From a virus (taxonomy: Duplodnaviria; Heunggongvirae; Uroviricota; Caudoviricetes), in IMG/VR virus record IMGVR_UViG_2660237951_000011, positions 1 to 14,009 of that record: a stretch of DNA of 14,009 bases, one strand, 5' to 3'. Both the position numbers and the translations under genes were made by a program. Below the pieces are notes generated by a model. It made no database searches and was not told the origin of the DNA. It saw only the letters and a list, made by a program, of their open reading frames with translations. Of the stretch, positions 1 through 6,713 are shown one piece after another; the stretch's first letter is position 1; each line of letters opens with the position of its first letter.

Positions 1-102
1 GCGCTCAGCTGAGCGCTTCACATCACCATGTTTGCTCTGCACCAGCCTGGCAATTTCACGGCTGGACATTGTCACAACACCCTTAGCGGTTAACTGATTC
101 AT
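1..102 (-). CDS. Rha-family phage regulatory protein / antirepressor, N-terminal fragment (gene continues past window start)
   Basis: Minus-strand ATG at 102..100 preceded by GGAG (7-nt spacing). Translation MNQLTAKGVVTMSSREIARLVQSKHGDVKRSAER matches the N-terminal pattern I recall for Rha/ORF6N-type proteins (T-x-SS-x-EIA..L....H..V.R). Only 34 codons visible. Confidence 0.45.
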   Translation of the reverse strand, partial: MNQLTAKGVVTMSSREIARLVQSKHGDVKRSAER

Positions 103-116
103 GCTATTTCTCCATA

Positions 117-2054
117 TCAGGCGGCTGCACCCGCCTTTTGATTTGCACATAATTCAGGAAGATTTGCTTCTACCAGCGCACGAGCGAACGGCGGCGGTAC
201 TGCGTTACCACAGCGCGCTACCTGCTTGTCTTTGGCGTAACGATTGCCGCGATAGTCCTGATCGATAACGTAGCCGTCAGGGAAGCCCTGCGCCTTATAA
301 AGCTCATGCGGTTGCAGCATGCGCATTCCGATATCGACGATCTGGTACTTAACCCCCTCGATCGTCACCAGCCATTCATCCTCGCTATCACCGCAGTAGG
401 TTTCGAGGAATGTCCGGACCTCGCCAACGTGCTGGCCACCAGCGGTAATCGTCGGCATAGGTGTATCCATGGTCTGACCGTCGCGGCAGGTTCCGCGCAG
501 CTTCACCAGGTGCGACGCAACTACCGCGTGGTGATCAACAGTAGTGACTGAGTGGGCAGGCTCATCCATACCAACACCCGGCCCCGTGTAATTCCCACCA
601 TAGTGCTTCGCCAGGAACGCGCTCACCGTTGCAAACTTATTACCACCAGCAGTGACCGTGCCGAGCGGGTTATTCAGTTGAAGAACACGCGGTTCTTGCC
701 CTGGGCGTTCGCCGTACCCCATCTGGATCAGTGTTGGAGTTACCAGCTGCGACTTACCGCCACCACCTGCAGTAATCGTCGCACTCGGTTCGTCAGCCCT
801 GTGCCCAACACTGGCTCCAAACTGGCGGGCGATGACCGGCGCAACCACGCACGCGCGGGACTGCTTGAGGATTGTATGAGCGGGTTTATCCAGCGGGCGC
901 GGCTTTGCCTGGTACTCACTGCCGCCATTGCCAGCCAGGAACGGTGTCAGGGCGGCCTCAACTACGCCAAGCGCATGCCCATTCCCGCCCGGGCGCGCCG
1001 ACGTACCAGCGGTGACAGTTGGTACCGGCTCGGTCACTGGCTGCCCGGTGGCCCCGGTGCGGAATTTAGTAAGATGCGGTACCGCCAGTGCGTAGCCATG
1101 CTTTTTAGTGATGGTCTGCAATGGCTCTAACAACGATTGCCCGCGGAAACAGTCATAACCTCCTTTCGTCGTGGTGTGGTTACACTTCACGATGAAAGGT
1201 GATGCGCTTTCGATAACAAAGCGCTGGATGCCGCGCGCGATACGTTTGAGCGTATTTTCCGCCAGCGGCTTTTTGCGGTCGAAGATGGACCGGGCCGGGA
1301 TATTCCAGTCAATGCACTCCGCCGCGGTACGCCATGGCGCCAGCTTGCCGCTTTGTACTTCCAGTGATTTTGGATCCCCATGAGTCGCTTCAGGCCAATG
1401 AATCTTGCGGCCGTCACAGCGCGTGACCATGAAGAAACGCTTTCTGATCGTCGGCGCGCCGTAGTCACATGCGCGCAGCTCCCGATAATCAACCTCATAA
1501 CCAAGCCCGGCGATCAGCTGTTGCGCCTGCTGGCCGTGCGGCTCAATGGCAAGGAATTCACAAACCTCAGCCAGCGCAGGGTGATTCGCCGCGATCCCCG
1601 TCGACAGCATGCCGACAAATGCCTCGAATGTTTCGCCAGCACGCTCAGGATCTGGGCGTAATTCTTCATCCAGCAGCGGGCCCCATGTCTTAAACTCTTC
1701 GACGTTCTCCAGCATCATGACGCGGGGACGTACTGCCAGCGCCCAGCGCAGGACAATCCACGCCAGCCCGCGAATCTCTTTCTTAACCGGCTTAGCGCCC
1801 TTCGCCTTGGAAAAGTGGCGGCAGTCAGGGCTAAACCAGGCCAGACCGACAGGTTTACCGCTGGTGGCTGCGCTTGGGTCAACGTCAAACACCGACTCGC
1901 AATAATGCAGCGTGTCAGGGTGATTCGTCTTATGCATCGCAATAGCGTTTTCGTCGTGGTTGATAGCGATATCCACGCTACGCCCGATCGCCAGTTCAAT
2001 GCCGGTACTCGCGCCGCCGCCACCAGCAAAGTTATCAACGATAATTTCACGCAT
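117..2054 (-). CDS. DNA (cytosine-5)-methyltransferase, 645 aa, with greatly expanded variable (target-recognition) region
   Basis: Start moved to internal ATG at 2054 (MREIIVDNF), which overlaps the upstream gene's stop. C5-MTase motifs read in order: I FAGGGGASTG; IV SPDCRHFSKAKG (P-C catalytic Cys); VI MMLENVEEF; VIII ACDYGAPTIRKRFFMV; IX MLQPHELYKAQGFPDGY; X GNAVPPPFARAL. About 370 aa lie between motifs VIII and IX. Confidence 0.85.
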   Translation of the reverse strand: MREIIVDNFAGGGGASTGIELAIGRSVDIAINHDENAIAMHKTNHPDTLHYCESVFDVDPSAATSGKPVGLAWFSPDCRHFSKAKGAKPVKKEIRGLAWIVLRWALAVRPRVMMLENVEEFKTWGPLLDEELRPDPERAGETFEAFVGMLSTGIAANHPALAEVCEFLAIEPHGQQAQQLIAGLGYEVDYRELRACDYGAPTIRKRFFMVTRCDGRKIHWPEATHGDPKSLEVQSGKLAPWRTAAECIDWNIPARSIFDRKKPLAENTLKRIARGIQRFVIESASPFIVKCNHTTTKGGYDCFRGQSLLEPLQTITKKHGYALAVPHLTKFRTGATGQPVTEPVPTVTAGTSARPGGNGHALGVVEAALTPFLAGNGGSEYQAKPRPLDKPAHTILKQSRACVVAPVIARQFGASVGHRADEPSATITAGGGGKSQLVTPTLIQMGYGERPGQEPRVLQLNNPLGTVTAGGNKFATVSAFLAKHYGGNYTGPGVGMDEPAHSVTTVDHHAVVASHLVKLRGTCRDGQTMDTPMPTITAGGQHVGEVRTFLETYCGDSEDEWLVTIEGVKYQIVDIGMRMLQPHELYKAQGFPDGYVIDQDYRGNRYAKDKQVARCGNAVPPPFARALVEANLPELCANQKAGAAA

Positions 2055-3381
2055 TGACGGCCCCCTGCATGCTGTTGAAGAGACCACCAGCGGTCGTGAT
2101 AATTTCACTCGTCGGCATACGTTCGAGCCACAGCTGGTTGATATTGGCTTTCAGCTTGTTCTGCTGCGAAACAGGTAGAGCGTCAGCCCCTTCAATCTGG
2201 TTAAACACCAGTCCAACCTCAAGAGGCCAAACGCGCGATTCGTTTAACGCCTTGTCCTTTGATTCCTGCGTCTCACGGACATGGGCGCGGATCCCCCGAA
2301 TATTTGACCATTTGGCTTTATCCAGGCTTTCCATGGTCGCGATGAATTCACTGTGGTTAATGCCGTATTCTTTCGCAGACTCAACGGCAACCGTGCGTAA
2401 CCGCTCTGACATGTCTTGTTTCACGTCATCGCTATCAAAGGGCAATGTTTCCAGCCATGCATTAACACCCACCAGGATGCTCTCGCTGATCAGCTTTTTC
2501 GCTCTGTCGATCGTCAGCGGTGAAACATTGGTAAATTCAGGGTTTTCCAGAGAGTCGGCAGCCCAGGTATGACCAAACTTTGACTCGCTGAAGGTGTACT
2601 CGTCTTTCTTGCCGAACGCCGCGACAACACAGGCCCAAGCCTCTACACCGCTGGTTTCCAGAATGGCTTTTTGGGTTAATGGCAGTTCTGCCTCTGATTT
2701 CTCCGGCACTACCTCAGCGTCCAGCTCCGGCGCCGCATCAGTTTGCGTTCTTCCCACGGCAAATTGGGCCAGCGACATCGCAGCACGGCCTTTGGCCTCC
2801 AGGTCGGTGCGGTTGATGTAACTGAAACGCTCACCCCGCCATGTTTTGTCGAAGACCACGATAGCGCCAGCAAAAAATGCGCTGGTGGGCTGCTGCTTTT
2901 CGTCTTTCGGCACGAACCATGTAGGAAGATCGAAACCAATTCGGCCACGGATGAATGTGACGTGATCTGCCTCTACCGGCCACCACGTTTCACTCGTCGC
3001 AGACTTAATGAGAAAAACGTACCGACCACCCTTTTCTCGCATGGCCATAGCGTGGTTAATGATGTGGGTCATTCCGGTAACGGCCTGCTTGTCGTGGTAC
3101 TGAGAGCGGCTGTAAGGCGGGTTGCCAAACCCGGCACCACCGAGTTCTGCCAGCCGCTCTGACCAATCCTGCATCAGGGCATTATCTTCAGCCGTGTACC
3201 ATGCTGGGCACTTCGCGTTGCTGTCGTCGGCAAAAAGGTCCAACACCAGAGGGCCGAACATCGCATTGATCCCCCAAAACAACAGATCCGGAGTGCGCCA
3301 TTGATCACCGACCTCTTTCAACTCGTGTGCTGGTTTTGAACGGAGTTCAGCTAGTGCACGGCAGTATTTATTTTCCATCAT
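2047..3381 (-). CDS. Phage Dam-family N6-adenine DNA methyltransferase with ~250-aa C-terminal extension of unknown function
   Basis: N-terminal region DQWRTPDLLFW...LDLFADDSNAKCPAWYT...GFGNPPYSRS carries the NPPY amino-methyltransferase motif in a phage-Dam-like context. Start ATG overlaps the upstream stop (ATGA at 3378-3381). Residues ~200-444 show no motif I recognise. Confidence 0.8.
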   Translation of the reverse strand: MMENKYCRALAELRSKPAHELKEVGDQWRTPDLLFWGINAMFGPLVLDLFADDSNAKCPAWYTAEDNALMQDWSERLAELGGAGFGNPPYSRSQYHDKQAVTGMTHIINHAMAMREKGGRYVFLIKSATSETWWPVEADHVTFIRGRIGFDLPTWFVPKDEKQQPTSAFFAGAIVVFDKTWRGERFSYINRTDLEAKGRAAMSLAQFAVGRTQTDAAPELDAEVVPEKSEAELPLTQKAILETSGVEAWACVVAAFGKKDEYTFSESKFGHTWAADSLENPEFTNVSPLTIDRAKKLISESILVGVNAWLETLPFDSDDVKQDMSERLRTVAVESAKEYGINHSEFIATMESLDKAKWSNIRGIRAHVRETQESKDKALNESRVWPLEVGLVFNQIEGADALPVSQQNKLKANINQLWLERMPTSEIITTAGGLFNSMQGAVNA

Positions 3382-4232
3382 CCTCTGAACCCCTCTGGAA
3401 TCTTGCTATCAACCGGACCGAACTTCATCGGGTCATGTTTCTTTTCACCCCAGCTGTCACGCGGTGGCCGCCCCTTCTTGTCCCAGCGGATCCCGCTTTG
3501 CAGATAACCTTCAAATTTTTTCGGACCGAAGAGCGTTTCAGGACGCATGTACTGGTACTGCACGTCATTGCCGTTCCAGTGCTCATGCTTAAGGTCGATC
3601 ACCAGCTGTAAGTCGCTAACGGTGTAACCTTCACGCAGACGAGCACGGATGTTTTCCAGAGAAGTTTTTGATTTTTGGTATCGTGAGCCACTAACCAGGT
3701 TCAGATGATTCAGAACCAGGATGGCGTTATCGGTGATCATCACTTCAGGGTCTGGTTGCGGCGCAACCGGACAAGAAGGTTTTTTAACTGATGGATCAGT
3801 AGTTGTATTTACTGACGGATCCCCCCCAGATTCTGACGGGTGAAAACCGCCTTTTTCATCGTTTTTTGATGCCTCAGATTTTGACGCGTCGGTTTTTGAG
3901 GCATCAGATTTTGATGCGTCAGAATCTGACAGGTGAGAAAAGGCAGCAGCCTGCAATTTAGCAACATTGAGCTGGTAAACGTTCGATGCATTTCGGTTGC
4001 CTTTACGGCGCTGCTGGCGGGTTAACCAACCATCTTTTTCCAGCTGAGATATGGCTGTACGAACCGTGCTCTCACCAGCACCAATCTGGCGCGCGATGGT
4101 AGCGATGGAAGGCCAGCTAACCCCTTCATCACTGCTGAAGTCTGCCAGACGCGCCATGATGGCAACGCTGGATAGCTTCATGCCAGAAGCGGCACAAGCA
4201 TCCCAAACGTAACCCGTTAATTTAGTGCTCAT
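3378..4232 (-). CDS. Phage replication initiator (lambda O-like): N-terminal winged-HTH, low-complexity SDASK-repeat linker, conserved phage replication C-terminal domain
   Basis: 284-aa ORF with RBS AAGGA 5 nt upstream of the ATG at 4232. N-terminus (SVAIMARLADFSSDEGVSWPSIATIARQIGAGESTVRTAISQLEKDGWL) is HTH-like. Central linker DSDASKSDASKTDASKSEASKND is encoded by tandem 15-bp DNA repeats. C-terminal region resembles phage replication-protein C-terminal domains. The family assignment is from memory, not a search. Confidence 0.65.
   Translation of the reverse strand: MSTKLTGYVWDACAASGMKLSSVAIMARLADFSSDEGVSWPSIATIARQIGAGESTVRTAISQLEKDGWLTRQQRRKGNRNASNVYQLNVAKLQAAAFSHLSDSDASKSDASKTDASKSEASKNDEKGGFHPSESGGDPSVNTTTDPSVKKPSCPVAPQPDPEVMITDNAILVLNHLNLVSGSRYQKSKTSLENIRARLREGYTVSDLQLVIDLKHEHWNGNDVQYQYMRPETLFGPKKFEGYLQSGIRWDKKGRPPRDSWGEKKHDPMKFGPVDSKIPEGFRG
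3864..3938. repeat. Four to five tandem 15-bp repeats (consensus TTTTGAnGCnTCAGA) inside the O-like gene; candidate origin iterons
   Basis: Direct reading gives ttttgatgcctcaga / ttttgacgcgtcggt / ttttgaggcatcaga / ttttgatgcgtcaga / atctgacaggtgaga. Each has a near-palindromic 10-bp core TGAnGCnTCA. Position mirrors lambda ori, which sits in the O linker. Confidence 0.5.
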
Positions 4233-4401
4233 GGTCGTCCTTTAACTCTGTAAACTTGCGCTTGAATTGTTCGAGCGGGCTGAAACATTCGTGGTCATAT
4301 CCATCCCGCAGGTAGATAACTCGTTGAGTCTCTGGCTCCCACCTGATAACCCGAACGGGGATCCCTCTGTGGTCTTTGAACCTTCGGTTAACTTCGCGCA
4401 T
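4222..4401 (-). CDS. Hypothetical small protein (59 aa), below the ORF-track length cutoff
   Basis: Minus-strand ATG at 4401 with AGGAAGG about 10 nt upstream; stop overlaps the O-like start by 11 nt. Translation MREVNRRFKDHRGIPVRVIRWEPETQRVIYLRDGYDHECFSPLEQFKRKFTELKDDHEH is protein-like in composition. Several rare Arg codons and competition with an overlapping 126-aa frame lower confidence. Confidence 0.3.
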   Translation of the reverse strand: MREVNRRFKDHRGIPVRVIRWEPETQRVIYLRDGYDHECFSPLEQFKRKFTELKDDHEH

Positions 4402-4573
4402 AAGCGTTTCGCCTTCCTGTAGTAAACCCCCACAATTGCGACCGCCCGACTGTGGTTACATGGCACCCAGCGGTTTGCTATTCTGCGTTCATACCGAAAC
4501 AACGGAGCGCCCGGTACCGGGATCATCCTGAGTTGCGGCAAACGGTTAAAAGCCGTTAAACTGGTCATGCGGA

Positions 4574-5122
4574 TTACTTCTCCATACAAGATTTGTCTGC
4601 CACGACGCCCGGAGCTGCACACTCGCGGGCGTCACCTTTTTCCGGCGCACAAAACACACGGAAAAGCAGCGTCAAATGTTCCTGCCACTTAGCCATCACC
4701 TGATAGCTGTTCTCTTCAATCTGGGCGCGTTCCTGAGCATCAATAACGCCGTCAGCGGTAGCTTTGCGAACGTATTGCGAATGCCTGCCGATCCACTCCA
4801 CTGACTCCATAAGACGCTGGTTGATGTCACCGTTCTCTATTTCTTCAACGTCAGCCAATGGCACGAAAACACCGTTCGAGTGACGTGCAATAGCGTTCGC
4901 TATGTGGTTTGAACCACCAGCACGTTGAAGCACCATCGCCCAACCGAGCGGGAAGATCTGATCGCCATCGGTACGCAGCCGGTTAAACAGCGCGTTCTCG
5001 GTCACACCCAACCACTCAGCAGCTTCTGAATATCCGCCAGGCAGCTCGGTGATCGTTTTTTTGATTGCGGCCACCAGCCAGGCTGGCTGCTTATCTACTT
5101 TCCATTCAGGTTCTATACCCAC
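4574..5122 (-). CDS. Putative CII-like early regulatory protein, 182 aa, GTG start
   Basis: ORF-track start (GTG at 5206) would overlap cro by 62 nt. An in-frame GTG at 5122 sits 8 nt after a strong AAGGGAGG placed right after the cro stop, so I take 5122 as the start. Sits at the cII position (after cro, before replication genes). Contains an HTH-like stretch (GGYSEAAEWLGVTENALFNRL). Family call is tentative. Confidence 0.5.
   Translation of the reverse strand: MGIEPEWKVDKQPAWLVAAIKKTITELPGGYSEAAEWLGVTENALFNRLRTDGDQIFPLGWAMVLQRAGGSNHIANAIARHSNGVFVPLADVEEIENGDINQRLMESVEWIGRHSQYVRKATADGVIDAQERAQIEENSYQVMAKWQEHLTLLFRVFCAPEKGDARECAAPGVVADKSCMEK
4604..4641 (+). terminator. Intrinsic terminator on + strand, antisense to the 3' end of the CII-like gene (OOP-like arrangement)
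   Basis: 8-bp stem 4604-4611 / 4626-4633 with 7 G:C pairs, 14-nt loop, then ACC and TTTTT (4637-4641). Confidence 0.5.
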
Positions 5123-5144
5123 GGCTAGGTCCTCCCTTCTGTGG

Positions 5145-5360
5145 TTATTTCTGATCGCTTGGCGATGTATTCTTGCCATAACGTTCTGGGTTAAATTCCA
5201 GTTCACCAGCAGTTCGATACGCAGCTTCAGCAGCTCGTCCTTTTGGGATTAAGCGTCCGGGGCGGTTACGCCACTGGTAAACGGCCTCACTGGTGATGCC
5301 AAAAAATTCGGCAACTTTTTCAGTGCTGCCGAAATGTTGTTCAATCTCGTCGGTTGTCAT
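5145..5360 (-). CDS. cro: Cro-like HTH repressor (71 aa)
   Basis: Small basic HTH protein (FGSTEKVAEFFGITSEAVYQWRN) transcribed divergently from the CI repressor gene. AGGAGG lies 4 nt upstream of the ATG. A sigma70-like promoter TTGACC-17-TAATAT is on the minus strand at 5416..5388. Confidence 0.7.
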   Translation of the reverse strand: MTTDEIEQHFGSTEKVAEFFGITSEAVYQWRNRPGRLIPKGRAAEAAYRTAGELEFNPERYGKNTSPSDQK

Positions 5361-5373
5361 GAAGCCTCCTTAG

Positions 5374-5437
5374 CTAAGTTTGGTTAGATATTAATAACCA
5401 ATCTAACTTTGGTCAATAAAAACTAAGATTACTTAGT
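5374..5437. promoter_or_regulatory. OR-like operator/promoter region between cro and cI
   Basis: Three related boxes: CTAAGTTTGGTTAG (5374-5387), CTAACTTTGGTCAA (5403-5416) and perfect palindrome ACTAAGATTACTTAGT (5422-5437). The first two overlap the start site and -35 of the cro promoter. Confidence 0.6.
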
Positions 5438-5459
5438 CTTTTTTAAACTTGGTGCTTTC

Positions 5460-6086
5460 ATGGAAACGGTTGGTCAGCGCATTAAAGCCCTACGTAGGGT
5501 TACAAGAACCTCTCAAAAAGAACTGGGTAAGTTCTGCGGGGTTAGTGACGTAGCGGTGGGTTATTGGGAAAAGGATGTGAATATCCCAAACGGTGAATCG
5601 CTGGTTAAGCTGGCGAAATTCTTTAACACATCAATAGATTACATTCTTTACGGCACTGAATTTGAAGGCACCCTCATAACTAAAATGAGGCGTGTCCCGG
5701 TGATTTCATGGGTTCAAGCTGGGCAGTTCACGGAATGTAAAGCCGCTGATTTGTTCAGTGATGTCGATAAATGGGTTGAAACATCACTTCGCATTGGGGA
5801 TAACTCGTTCGCTTTAGAGGTCAAAGGGGATTCAATGACCAATCCAAATGGCCTCCCAACAATCCCTGAAGGGGCAACCGTTATTGTTGATCCAGATGCC
5901 GAACCCCTTCATGGCAAGATTGTGGTTGCGCGTCTTGATGGCACTAATGAAGCGACTGTTAAAAAACTTGTCATTGATGGCCCACAAAAATTTTTAGTGC
6001 CACTAAATCCTCGCTACCCCAACATCCCGATCAATGGTAACTGCCTCATTATTGGCGTTGTTAAAGGCGTTCAGTACGAACTCTAA
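5460..6086 (+). CDS. cI: CI-type prophage repressor, N-terminal HTH plus C-terminal S24 (LexA-like) autocleaving peptidase domain
   Basis: N-terminal HTH (TSQKELGKFCGVSDVAVGYWE). Ala-Gly cleavage site in VQAGQF. Ser nucleophile in GDSM and the Lys of the dyad in ATVKKL. Divergent from cro across an operator region. Confidence 0.9.
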   Translation: METVGQRIKALRRVTRTSQKELGKFCGVSDVAVGYWEKDVNIPNGESLVKLAKFFNTSIDYILYGTEFEGTLITKMRRVPVISWVQAGQFTECKAADLFSDVDKWVETSLRIGDNSFALEVKGDSMTNPNGLPTIPEGATVIVDPDAEPLHGKIVVARLDGTNEATVKKLVIDGPQKFLVPLNPRYPNIPINGNCLIIGVVKGVQYEL

Positions 6087-6104
6087 TCCCTTCCCACTCT
6101 TCCT

Positions 6105-6169
6105 CTAAGCATCAAGCTAAGTTTAGTTTGATGTTTTCACTTGACCAGAAAACTAAGTTAAGTTAGATT
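6105..6169 (+). promoter_or_regulatory. OL/pL-like promoter and operators downstream of cI
   Basis: TTGACC (6141-6146), 17-bp spacer, TAGATT (6164-6169). The spacer and -10 overlap the near-palindrome ACTAAGTTAAGTTAGAT. Further CTAAG boxes at 6105-6109 and 6117-6130 belong to the same half-site family as the OR boxes. Confidence 0.5.
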
Positions 6170-6528
6170 TTTTTCTGTCGGCACCAAACCACCGCGCCTG
6201 ATGTGGTTAAAAGCAGGCCAAAGCAATAAGACGTGTTCCCTGTTCTGGCTGCTCACTTTCCCCTTGAGGGTGACAGCCAGCTTTTTAAGGGCACAACAGG
6301 CGAGAGCATTGCTGATTATCGGACTGCGTGAGACGCGACGCGGTAAAGCAGGTAAACAGTGCTCTCACCGTTGTGGTAATGCGGCTCTGCGCACGTGACG
6401 AGGCCAACAAGTTTTTATTTCAACTTTTGAAATGAATACGTTTCTTGTGGTGTAGCGTCGCCGGTTCTGGCCGGTCCGGCAGGTGGAGGCACCACCGCCA
6501 CAACAACATCATTGCTGTGTGTAGTCTT

Positions 6529-6557
6529 TGCCCATCACATCGGTGGGCACCTTTTTT
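6529..6557 (+). terminator. Intrinsic terminator-like hairpin inside the leader upstream of the first accessory gene
   Basis: 8-bp stem TGCCCATC / GGTGGGCA (one G:U pair), 5-nt loop, then CC and TTTTTT (6552-6557). Confidence 0.45.
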
Positions 6558-6713
6558 ACACAAGAGACAAGGGCATCACCGGGCGACGGGCTCATTCCCC
6601 AATCCACCCGGGCAAGAGGATAGCGATTGCAGTCGCCGACAAATGCAGGTGCCCTTCTCTGTTGTGTATGGAGAAAGTTCGGCGGTGGCAGCCGCCATAA
6701 CGAGGGTAAAACC

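Noticed and set aside
1-16. Perfect 16-bp palindrome GCGCTCAGCTGAGCGC at the window start
   Set aside because: Lies inside the Rha-like coding sequence with no promoter context, and the window edge prevents seeing its surroundings.
306-3304. Plus-strand ORFs overlapping the methyltransferase genes (306-551, 552-1130, 1171-1383, 1380-1661, 1609-1905, 1815-2057, 2054-2572, 2594-2821, 2743-3162, 3122-3304 and similar)
   Set aside because: Antisense shadow frames within long, well-supported minus-strand genes. No RBS or family signal.
3864-3938. Tandem short repeats as a possible CRISPR array
   Set aside because: Repeats are 15 bp, contiguous with no spacers, and lie inside a coding sequence. 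Iterons or a linker-encoding repeat fit better.
4242-4622. 126-aa minus-strand ORF between the CII-like and O-like genes
   Set aside because: Low-complexity Arg/Ser-rich sequence with rare codons. It overlaps a more protein-like 59-aa frame. Kept as an alternative only.
4574-5206. ORF-track start (GTG at 5206) for the CII-like gene
   Set aside because: Would overlap cro by 62 nt and has no RBS. The in-frame GTG at 5122 with a strong SD right after the cro stop is more plausible.
5361-6713. Search for an N-type antiterminator and boxA/boxB nut sites
   Set aside because: No small arginine-rich-motif protein with a credible start, and no CGCTCTT-like boxA next to the hairpins. Not called. The system may be N-independent.
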